This document shows, piece by piece, positions 1 to 7,795 of a stretch of DNA of 20,000 nt. The stretch is taken from contig CAWGRK010000008.1 of assembly GCA_963824995.1 (NCBI GenBank), positions 114,730 to 134,729 on the forward strand, read 5' to 3'. Origin of the DNA: an uncultured Actinomycetes bacterium (GTDB lineage Bacteria > Actinomycetota > Acidimicrobiia > Spongiisociales > DATADW01). The position numbers were made by a program, and so were the translations under genes. How positions within the stretch are numbered: position 1 is the stretch's first letter; every line of letters starts with the position of its first letter. The notes under the pieces were generated by a model. That model saw nothing but the letters and a program-made list of their open reading frames with translations. It had not been told where the DNA came from and did no database searches.

Positions 1-27
1 TTCAACCGGAGACAAGGAGGAGAGCTC

Positions 28-366
28 TTGAAGAACACGGGACGCGCCCGCTACGCCCGCCGCCTGGCGGCCAGAAGCCTCATCGGCGCCTTGATCGTTA
101 CGGCCGGTCTCAGCGGGTCGATCATCGGTGTCGCCGCCGGGGAGACTCTGATCAACGGGGGCGAAGCCCGTCCACCCGACGTGACGACCCAGGAGCACCC
201 TGCGACGACTTCCGAGAAGGCAAGCAAGCCCAAGGCCGCCAAGAAGAAGCGCCCGAGACACGACCACCACCACCGTCGTCGTCATCGGCCCGCGCAGACC
301 AGGCTCCGAACGTGTCGCCGCCGCAACAGGACCCTGATTCCTCGTTTCGCCGTGGCTGGTGGGTGA
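28..366 (+). CDS. Small hypothetical secreted/membrane-anchored protein; 3' part possibly out of frame
   Basis: Strong RBS (AAGGAGGAG) before TTG at 28; basic N-terminus, then hydrophobic stretch SLIGALIVTAGLSGSIIGVAA, then low-complexity T/K/P linker. The C-terminal HDHHHRRRHR tail looks like an off-frame reading (+1 frame gives DTTTTTVVVIGP, stop 335-337). Confidence 0.5.
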   Translation: MKNTGRARYARRLAARSLIGALIVTAGLSGSIIGVAAGETLINGGEARPPDVTTQEHPATTSEKASKPKAAKKKRPRHDHHHRRRHRPAQTRLRTCRRRNRTLIPRFAVAGG

Positions 367-428
367 TCTCGCTCGTCGAGCGGAACGCTTCCTCTGTCAC
401 TTCGGCGCCGCGCCACGGCTGAGCAAGC

Positions 429-458
429 TTGACCCTCTCCTGCCGACTCTGATAACGT
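429..458 (+). promoter_or_regulatory. Putative sigma70-type promoter of the ABC transporter operon
   Basis: TTGACC (429-434) - 18 nt - TAACGT (453-458), followed by an AT-rich segment and GGGAGAG/AGGA purine-rich RBS before ATG 551. Confidence 0.55.
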
Positions 459-550
459 CCCGTACTCGGTAATCCGGATAAAAATTGTCAGTAAAGTTGG
501 AATAGTCGGATACCGATCAAGTAGGACCTACACCTAGGGAGAGATCAGGA

Positions 551-1625
551 ATGAACAGAAATCTACGACTTGTGGCCGGGGCTACGGCAGTGCTGGTGGG
601 TCTGGCCGCTTGCGGCGGGACTACCGGCGGCGCCGACACCTCGGGCGGTGCCGATAACCACTGCCGCCGCCGAGAGCGAAGCGGCGAAGACGGTGAGGAT
701 CGGCTACTTCCCCAACGTCACCCATGCTCCGGCCATCATCGGAATCGAGGACGGCCTATTTCAGGAGGCTCTCGGTGACGACGTCGCCATCGAGACCGCT
801 ACCTTCAGTACCGGTACTGAGGCGGTCGAGGCGCTGTTCGCAGACGCCATCGACATGAGCTTCATCGGTCCCAACCCCGCCATCAACGGGTTTGCCCAGT
901 CGAACGGCGAGGCCCTGCGGATCGTGAGCGGCACCACCAGCGGCGGCGCGGCACTGGTCGTCAATTCCGAGATCACCTCGCCCGAGGATCTGGCCGGGAA
1001 GACCATTGCATCACCCTCTCTGGGCAACACCCAGGACGTGGCGCTGCGGGCATGGCTGGCCGACCAGGGGTACGAGACCGACCTCGAAGGTGGTGGCGAC
1101 GTATCGGTAGTTCCGCAGGAGAACTCGCAGACGCTCGACCTCTTCCAGGCCGGTGAGATCGACGGAGCGTGGGTCCCCGAGCCGTGGGCGACCAGGCTCG
1201 TCCTCGAGGGCGGGGGAACCGTCCTGGTGGATGAGAGGGAACTCTGGCCCGACGGGGAGTTCGTGACCACGCACCTCGTGGTAGCGACCGAGTACCTCGA
1301 GCAGAACCCGGAAGTCGTCCAGGGTGTCCTCGAAGGACTCATCTCCGCAGTTGACGTCGCCAACGATGACCCGGCCGCGGCGCAGGCCACGGTCAACGCC
1401 GGCATCGAAGCGATCACCGGAAGCCCGCTGGCCCCGGAGACCATCGAGGGCGCCTGGGAGAACCTGACCTTCACCGTGGATCCCATAGCGGATTCGCTGC
1501 GTGAGTCGGCGGTGGACGCCGAGGCCGTTGACCTCCTCGACCCGGTTGACCTGGCCGGCATCTATGACCTGACCCTGCTCAATGAGGTACTGACCGTCAT
1601 GGGCAGGCCCGAGATCACCTCGTGA
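551..1625 (+). CDS. ssuA: Sulfonate/nitrate/taurine-type ABC substrate-binding lipoprotein (SsuA/TauA family), split by a 1-nt frameshift at ~656-657
   Basis: Frame from ATG 551 gives lipoprotein signal peptide with lipobox LAA-C; frame of ORF 570..1625 gives the SsuA-type body (VRIGYFPNVTHAPA, IGPNPAIN, PSLGNTQD, WVPEPW). Removing one A at 656-657 joins them (…GGADTTAAAESE…) into a 357-aa protein. Confidence 0.88.
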
Positions 1626-2443
1626 TGACAGCGACCGCCAATCCTGCCGAGACCGCCCGAGCCGAAAGGCTCGGGCGGACGGCCGTATCGATCAACCATG
1701 TATCCAAGACCTACGGCGACGGGCACAGTGCCTTGCTCGCTCTAGATGACATATCGCTCGATGTGGGAGAGGGCGAGTTCGTCTGCACGGTGGGTGCTTC
1801 CGGCTGCGGCAAGACGACGCTTCTCAACCTGATCGCCGGGATCTATCAGGTGCCGCAGGGCACCATCGATGTCGGCGACCGCCGTGTGTCACTGATGTTC
1901 CAGGAATCCGCCCTCTTCCCCTGGCTCACCGTGGAGAGAAACGTGGAACTGGCCCTCCAGTTGCGCCACGTTGCCAAGACTGAGCGCCGCGCCAAGGTGG
2001 CGGAACTGCTCAGGCTGGTGAGGCTCGATGGCTTCGCCGACAAGCGCCCCCACGAGTTGTCGGGTGGCATGCAACAACGTGTTGCCATCGCACGTGCTCT
2101 CGCTCAGGAGGCCGAAGTGATGCTGATGGATGAGCCCTTCGGCGCCCTCGACGCCATGACGCGGGACGTCATGCACGACGAGCTGGAGCGGATCTGGACC
2201 TCGACCGGGCTCAGCGTGCTCTTTGTGACCCACAACGTGCGTGAGGCGGTTCGGCTCGGAGACCGTGTGGTGGTGCTCACCAGCCGGCCGGGACGGGTGG
2301 CCGAAGAGATCCCGGTCGAACTACCCAGGCCGCGCCGAATGGATGACCACAGGGTGTCCGAGCTGACAGGGATGATCACCGACCGGCTCAAGGAAGAGGT
2401 CAGGCGGCACGCCGACGACGCCAAGGAGGACGATCGTGGTTAG
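1625..2443 (+). CDS. ssuB: ABC transporter ATP-binding subunit (SsuB/TauB family)
   Basis: Walker A GASGCGKT, signature LSGGMQQR, Walker B LMDEPFGALD, H-loop VTH; ATG overlaps upstream stop (TGATG); alternative GTG at 1622. Confidence 0.93.
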   Translation: MTATANPAETARAERLGRTAVSINHVSKTYGDGHSALLALDDISLDVGEGEFVCTVGASGCGKTTLLNLIAGIYQVPQGTIDVGDRRVSLMFQESALFPWLTVERNVELALQLRHVAKTERRAKVAELLRLVRLDGFADKRPHELSGGMQQRVAIARALAQEAEVMLMDEPFGALDAMTRDVMHDELERIWTSTGLSVLFVTHNVREAVRLGDRVVVLTSRPGRVAEEIPVELPRPRRMDDHRVSELTGMITDRLKEEVRRHADDAKEDDRG

Positions 2444-3302
2444 CAGCGTCGACACGCTCGACCGCGAGCTGGCTGGGCTCGACGCCCTCGACCTCCGGCG
2501 GACGAGTAGGACCACCTGGGCGGTACGCGCCTGGTCGGCCACCTGGCCGAAGCTGGCGGCGATCGCCATCGCCCTGCTCTTATGGCAGGCGCTCATCTGG
2601 ATCGAGTGGAAGCCGCTCTACGCATTCCCACCGCCGGCGCAGGTCTTCGCCACGCTCGGCGAGTTGGTGACCACCTCCGAGTTCTGGCTCGGGGTGGCCA
2701 CGACGATGCGCCGCGCCCTGCTCGGATTCGCAGTGGCCCTGGTGCTCGGCACGTTGATCGGCTTGGCGGTCTCGCAGATCCCTCTGCTACGCCGCGCCAT
2801 CGGCTCGATGATCGCCGCGCTGCAGACCATGCCTTCGATCGTTTGGTTCCCACTGGCCATCCTGCTCTTCCAGCTCAGCGAGACGGCGATCTTCTTCGTG
2901 GTGGTGCTCGGGGCGGCGCCCTCGATTGCCAACGGGCTGATAAGCGGCGTCGACCACATTCCCCCGCTTTGGCTGCGCGCCGGCAAAGTGCTCGGTGCCC
3001 ACCGGTTCAGCGCATGGCGCCACGTGGTGATCCCGGCGGCGGTGCCCACCTACATCGCCGGGTTGAAGCAGGGCTGGGCCTTCGCCTGGCGCTCGCTGAT
3101 GGCTGGAGAGCTCTTGGTGATCATCGCCAAGACGACGTCGATCGGCGTTCGCCTTCACTTCGCCCGGGAGTTGTCGGATGCCGACCTGGTCATGGCGATG
3201 ATGATCGTGGTCCTGGTTATCGGGCTCATCGTCGACCTCGCCTTCGCCAAGGTCGAGTTGGGCGTCCGTCGCCGCCGCGGCCTGATCGAGCCAACCGGCT
3301 GA
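2436..3302 (+). CDS. ssuC: ABC transporter permease (SsuC/TauC family)
   Basis: Multiple TM helices, LQTMPSIVWFP, EAA-loop-like RAGKVLGA, GLKQGWAFAWRSLMAGE; overlaps ATPase 3' end. Confidence 0.92.
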   Translation: MVSSVDTLDRELAGLDALDLRRTSRTTWAVRAWSATWPKLAAIAIALLLWQALIWIEWKPLYAFPPPAQVFATLGELVTTSEFWLGVATTMRRALLGFAVALVLGTLIGLAVSQIPLLRRAIGSMIAALQTMPSIVWFPLAILLFQLSETAIFFVVVLGAAPSIANGLISGVDHIPPLWLRAGKVLGAHRFSAWRHVVIPAAVPTYIAGLKQGWAFAWRSLMAGELLVIIAKTTSIGVRLHFARELSDADLVMAMMIVVLVIGLIVDLAFAKVELGVRRRRGLIEPTG

Positions 3303-3325
3303 GCACAAAGTCCTTCACAACGAAT

Positions 3326-3450
3326 CTCTCCCCCCGGCGGGGGGAGTACCCGACGCCGCAAAGGCGTCGGGGAAGGGGGGAACGGTTCACTCCCAAAGGT
3401 GCGAAAGGCGTGGGTCGAGCACCGTTGGGAGTTCGCCACGGGGGGACGGA
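3326..3450 (-). repeat. Intergenic multi-hairpin repeat, copy 1 (internally deleted left arm)
   Basis: Reverse complement aligns with 7589-7748 and 10449-10603; hairpins CTCCCCCC-GGC-GGGGGGAG, CCCGACGCC-GCAAA-GGCGTCGGG, TCCCAAAGGTGC…GCACCGTTGGGA; lies between convergent genes. Confidence 0.9.
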
Positions 3451-3476
3451 AACTTGCTGCCGTCCGCCGTCCGCCC

Positions 3477-4272
3477 CTAGTTGCTCCAGGTGACGGCGAC
3501 GGCGGGGGCCCAGCGGGAGGCGACGGCTTGGTAGTGAGTGCCGGCGCCCTGCCAGTCCTCTGCGTCGAGAGCTTCGATCGAGGCCCACACCTCGGCGGCG
3601 GAGTCGTCGAGGGCTAGCTCGGCGCCGTCGAAGAAGGCAGCCACTCCGCCGTAGTCGAGTTCCACCATGGCGTCCTCGGGGAAGCCTCCGATCCACTCAC
3701 CGAGCTCCTCGACCTCGGTGACGACGCCGTCGTCGAACCCGGCCCGGCGGAGAACGGCGATCGCATGCTCGATCCGCTCCGATCCGACCCGGCGCCCGGT
3801 GCGGTAGCGGATGGAGAGCCTGAGCTCACCCGACTCATCCGCCGATTCGACCAACTCGCGCTGCGAAGGCTCGAACATGATGAACCAGCGCAGCGGGACG
3901 TGCCACGGTGAGGTGAGGATGTAGGACCGCGGCAAGGGGGACACCCTCGACCAACCCGCGCAATTCGGTGGCCGCCCGACGTGCCACCGATTCGGGGATG
4001 ACCGCTTCCCCTCCCATCTCCCGGTAGGCGTGATGGAAGGCGAGCACACCCTCGAGCATCCGCACCCGCGGTGTGCGTGGGCACACGAATTCCGTGCCAC
4101 CCCAGACGGCGATGAGGGCGTCATCACTGAGAGGCTCGGCGAGCAGTCCATAATCGGTCACCCGAAGCCGTGGTGGAGATCCCTCGGAACGGTGTGGCGT
4201 CGGAGAAAGTCCGCCGGCGGCATCAACCGTCTCGGACGGTAGGTAGACGCGGAGATAGGCAGCCCGGGTCAC
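3477..4272 (-). CDS. Conserved actinobacterial hypothetical protein, split by a 1-nt frameshift in a G5 run (3936-3940)
   Basis: N-half (AYLRVYLP…FVCPRTPRVRMLEG) in ORF 3835..4464 and C-half (SYILTSPWHVPLRWF…RYRT…VELDYGG…) in ORF 3477..4151; deleting one base of the run gives …EGVPLPRSYIL…, 264 aa from GTG 4272, which has TACGAT 6 nt upstream. Confidence 0.8.
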
Positions 4273-4331
4273 CGTTCGATCGTACCGAACTCGGGTGACA
4301 TCCCCACACGGCGGCTGGTCCGTTCTCCCGG

Positions 4332-4337
4332 TACACT
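4332..4337 (+). promoter_or_regulatory. Putative -10 element of the dehydrogenase operon
   Basis: TACACT in the 100-bp divergent intergenic region, 35 nt upstream of ATG 4373, with GAAAGGG purine-rich site in between. Confidence 0.45.
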
Positions 4338-4372
4338 CGGCGGTGGGCCAGGTGAAAGGGTCGCCCCGGGCT

Positions 4373-5443
4373 ATGGGAGTCTTCGACCGTATGACCTCGG
4401 AAGGCCACGAGGAGGTGCTCTTCGGGTTCGACCGAGTATCGGGCCTTCGCAGCATTATTGCCATCCACTCGACAGTTCTGGGTCCCGCCCTCGGCGGGAC
4501 CCGCTTCTTTCCCTACCCCGATGAGAAGTCGGCGCTCCGCGACGTGTTGAGGCTGTCCAAGGGCATGACCCTGAAGGCTGCGGCGGCGGGAATCGACCTG
4601 GGTGGCGGCAAGGCGGTAATCATCGGGAACCCGCTCACTGACGGAAGCGAGCCGCTTTTCCGCTCGTTTGGCCGAGTCGTCGATTCGCTCGGCGGGGCAT
4701 TCATCACCGCCGAGGATGTGGGCACCAGTGGGGCGGATATCGAGCTCATGCGCCGCGAGACAAAGTGGGCATTCGGGGTCCCGATCGAGGACGGGGGGTC
4801 GGGCGACCCGTCGCCAGCCACGGCTCACGGACTATTAGCGGCGCTCCGAGCGGTGGCAGGCCACCTCTGGAAGGATGACGAAGTCCATGGCCGCCGGGTA
4901 GCGGTGCAGGGTGTCGGCAAGGTAGGTGGTGCGTTCGTCGAGCTGCTGGTGGAGGCCGGGTGCGAGGTGGTGGTCAGCGATGTCAGCGGTGACGCCGTGA
5001 CCCGATCCGTAGAGACATACGGCGTCAAGGCTGTCGAGCCGGAGGAGATCCTCTCGGTCCCGTGTGACGTGTTCTCGCCCTGCGCAATGGGCGGGGTTCT
5101 CGACGCCGCCTCCATTCGCGGGTTGCGCTGCGAGGCGGTGGTGGGGAGTGCGAACAACCAACTGGCCGAGGATGACGACGACCTGAGGCTGGCCGAACTC
5201 GGGATCCTCTATGCCCCCGATTTCGTGGTCAACTCCGGCGGCTTGATCAACGTCGCCGAAGAGCTCGGCGGATATCGCCCGGAGCGGGCCGCACGGCGGG
5301 TGCAGGGTGTGGGCGATGCAACGACGGCCATCCTGAGGCGTGCCGATCAGACGGGAACGACCCCACACCGCGCCGCCACCGAGGTTGCCGAAGAGAGGCT
5401 TGACGCAATAGGCGAGCTGAGGGGCCGGAGGAGGAGGGGATGA
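4373..5443 (+). CDS. vdh: Glu/Leu/Phe/Val dehydrogenase, leucine/valine dehydrogenase type
   Basis: IAIHST.LGPALGGTR, LSKGMTLK, GGGKAVI (catalytic Lys), TAEDVGT, GSGDPSPATA, NAD-binding VQGVGKVG, GSANNQL, PDFVVNSGG. Start placed at ATG 4373 (MGVFDRM). Confidence 0.93.
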   Translation: MGVFDRMTSEGHEEVLFGFDRVSGLRSIIAIHSTVLGPALGGTRFFPYPDEKSALRDVLRLSKGMTLKAAAAGIDLGGGKAVIIGNPLTDGSEPLFRSFGRVVDSLGGAFITAEDVGTSGADIELMRRETKWAFGVPIEDGGSGDPSPATAHGLLAALRAVAGHLWKDDEVHGRRVAVQGVGKVGGAFVELLVEAGCEVVVSDVSGDAVTRSVETYGVKAVEPEEILSVPCDVFSPCAMGGVLDAASIRGLRCEAVVGSANNQLAEDDDDLRLAELGILYAPDFVVNSGGLINVAEELGGYRPERAARRVQGVGDATTAILRRADQTGTTPHRAATEVAEERLDAIGELRGRRRRG

Positions 5444-7503
5444 CGACGACCGAGCGTGACGGGGTACTGCCTTGGCTGGAGCTTGGGACGGCCCGTCTCG
5501 ACCACCAGGTCCTCGGGCTGCCCGATGAGCGGCTGGTCGAAATGTATCGGTGCATGCTGTTGGCACGACGGATGGACGATCGGATGTGGGCTCTCAACCG
5601 CCAGGGCAGGGCGCCCTTCGTCGTTTCCTCCTCCGGCCATGAGGCCGTGCAGGTGGCGAGTGTTTTCGCCTTCGACCCTGAGATCGACTGGCTGCTCCCC
5701 TACTACCGCGACATGGGGGTGGCGCTCGCCTGGGGATCGCCGGTGGTGGATGTCCTCGCCGCGGTCTTCACCCGCAAGACCGATCCCACCAGTGGCGGCC
5801 GCCAGCTTCCCAATCACTGGTCCGACCCGGATCGGCGGGTGCTCACCCACTCCTCCACCATCGCCACCCAGTACCCGCACGCAGCGGGGATCGCACAGGC
5901 GCTGCGTCTCGATGGCCGCCCCGGGGTGGTGGCGGTGTACGGAGGTGAGGGTTCGACCTCCGAGGGCGACTGGCACGAGATGATGAACTTCGCCGGGATC
6001 CACTCGCTCCCGCTGATCTGCATCATCGAGAACAACCGCTACGCCATCTCCGTGGCGGAGGCCGAACAGGTTGGAGGACGGATAGTCGATCGGGCCAATG
6101 GCTACGGCGTGACCGGTGTCGAGGTAGATGGAAACGACCCGCTCGCCGTGTACGCGGTGGTCCGAGAAGCCGCCGACCGGGCGCGATCCGGTGCCGGCGC
6201 AACCCTGGTGGAGGCGCACACCTACCGGTACTACGCACATACCTCGGACGACGACGATCGTCTCTACCGAACCCGCGAGGAAGTGGACCTTTGGCGCCGC
6301 CATGACCCCCTTGCGGTTCTCAAGCAGTACCTGATCGAGGCGCGGCTGCTGTCCGAGCGCGACGAAGAGGCGTTGGAGTCGTCGATCGCCGAGGAGCTGG
6401 CGGCGGCGGTGACCGAAGCGGAGGGGGCTCCAGAACCCGACGACCCGTACAGCCACGTATATGCCAACCCCATCGTCCCCGAGGAACCTGTCACGGGGCC
6501 CGAGCCGGAGCCGGGGGGCGAGTCGGTCAATCTGATCACCGCTATCAACATGACCCTCCACGAGATCCTCGAGGCCTACCCCGAGACCGTGGTATTCGGC
6601 GAGGACGTCGCCGACCCCAAGGGTGGTGTTTTCAAGGCAACCCAGGGCCTCTCCGACCGATTCGGCGGCAACAGATGCTTCAACACACCCATCGCCGAGT
6701 CGCTCATCGCCGGGCTGGCGGTGGGGATGGCGGCCACCGGAAAGACCCCCCTGGCGGAGCTGCAGTTCGCCGACTACGTGCATCCCGCCTTCGACCAGAT
6801 CGTCTCGGAGATAGCCCGCATCCACTACCGCTCCAACGGGCGTTGGAGGATGCCGATCGTTCTCCGTGCGCCGTTCGGTGGGGGGATCCATGGCGCCCTC
6901 TATCACTCGCAGTCGATCGAGGCCTACTACTCGCATGTACCAGGCCTCAAGGTCGTGATCCCGTCCACGCCGGCGGACGCTAAGGGTCTGCTCTGGAGCG
7001 CGGTGGAAGACCCGGACCCGGTGTTCTACATGGAACCGAAGAAGCTCTACCGGCTGGGGAGGTACCCGTTCCCGGAGGGGGAGTGGAAGGTCCCGATCGG
7101 CAAGGCCCGCGTCCGGCGGGCGGGGTCCAAACTCACCTTGCTGACCTACGGTGCGATGACCCATTTCTCGCTGGAGGCGGCAGCCGCTCTCGACGGCGAG
7201 GGGATCGACATCGAGGTCATCGACCTGCGAAGCCTCCGTCCGCTCGACTGGCCCACCATCGAGACATCCGTGCAGAAGACCTCTCGTGTCCTCATCGTCC
7301 ACGAGGACAACGAGTTCGGTGGTTACGGCGCCGAGCTCGCCGCTCAACTGGTGGACAAGGGGTTCGAGTGGCTCGACGCCCCGGTGCGGCGCTACTGCGC
7401 GCCCGAGGTTCCCAACTTCCCCTTCGCCCAAGCGATGGAGGACATGACCTACCCGAGCACCGAGGGCATCATCACCCGGGCCAAATCCCTGGTCGAGTGG
7501 TGA
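5440..7503 (+). CDS. Branched-chain 2-oxoacid dehydrogenase E1, alpha and beta subunits fused
   Basis: Alpha part: PYYRD, SGGRQLPNHW, TPP motif GEGSTSEG…ENN, YRYYAHTSDDD. Beta part: FGEDV, GGVFKAT, FNTPIAE, ELQFADY, HGALYHSQ, EVIDLRSL. ATGA overlap with the amino-acid dehydrogenase. Confidence 0.92.
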   Translation: MTTTERDGVLPWLELGTARLDHQVLGLPDERLVEMYRCMLLARRMDDRMWALNRQGRAPFVVSSSGHEAVQVASVFAFDPEIDWLLPYYRDMGVALAWGSPVVDVLAAVFTRKTDPTSGGRQLPNHWSDPDRRVLTHSSTIATQYPHAAGIAQALRLDGRPGVVAVYGGEGSTSEGDWHEMMNFAGIHSLPLICIIENNRYAISVAEAEQVGGRIVDRANGYGVTGVEVDGNDPLAVYAVVREAADRARSGAGATLVEAHTYRYYAHTSDDDDRLYRTREEVDLWRRHDPLAVLKQYLIEARLLSERDEEALESSIAEELAAAVTEAEGAPEPDDPYSHVYANPIVPEEPVTGPEPEPGGESVNLITAINMTLHEILEAYPETVVFGEDVADPKGGVFKATQGLSDRFGGNRCFNTPIAESLIAGLAVGMAATGKTPLAELQFADYVHPAFDQIVSEIARIHYRSNGRWRMPIVLRAPFGGGIHGALYHSQSIEAYYSHVPGLKVVIPSTPADAKGLLWSAVEDPDPVFYMEPKKLYRLGRYPFPEGEWKVPIGKARVRRAGSKLTLLTYGAMTHFSLEAAAALDGEGIDIEVIDLRSLRPLDWPTIETSVQKTSRVLIVHEDNEFGGYGAELAAQLVDKGFEWLDAPVRRYCAPEVPNFPFAQAMEDMTYPSTEGIITRAKSLVEW

Positions 7504-7520
7504 GCTAGCGAGGTACCGCT

Positions 7521-7748
7521 GCTTTCACGCCGTCAGGGAGTGAACCAGCCCCCGTCCCCCGACACCGCCGGGGGGAGCGAAAGGTCTCTCCGTCCCCCCG
7601 CGGAGGGAAAAGGGCCCCGCTGCGGAGCAGCGGGTAGGGGGCTGCCTACTTCCAACAGTGCTCGACTCGCGGCTTTCACACCTTTCGGAGTGAGCCAGTC
7701 CCGTCCCCCGACGCCTCCGGCGTGGGTACTTCGCCCGCCGGGGGGAAG
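7521..7748 (+). repeat. Intergenic multi-hairpin repeat, copy 2 (7589-7748) preceded by a partial tandem copy (7521-7577)
   Basis: 7610-7641 is identical to 10468-10499 (32 nt); 7521-7577 GCTTTCACGCCGTCAGGGAGTGAACCAGCCCCCGTCCCCCGACACCGCCGGGGGGAG resembles the 3' half of the unit with the inner hairpin deleted. Confidence 0.88.
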
Positions 7749-7795
7749 GAATCGGACGGCGGGTTCGCGGGACGCCGCAGATAACCTCGCACTAG

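Noticed and set aside
3326..3380. Hairpins as canonical intrinsic terminators
   Set aside because: No U-tract on either strand; a termination role is possible but not supportable from sequence alone.
5347..7431. 694-aa minus-strand ORF and other long shadow ORFs (761..1561, 9661..10353, 10680..11708, 17630..18703, 18444..19325)
   Set aside because: They lie antisense to well-supported genes, have no recognisable motifs, and are expected in high-GC DNA.
7621..7641. GTAG beside the hairpin as evidence of a canonical RAYT-associated REP
   Set aside because: GTAG is on the 3' side of the stem rather than at the 5' foot as in classical REPs, and no RAYT gene is in the window.
7504..7795. Possible T-box riboswitch upstream of argS (GAGGTACCGC at ~7510)
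   Set aside because: No full T-box consensus or stem I; the structure is explained by the dispersed repeat, and argS looks leaderless.
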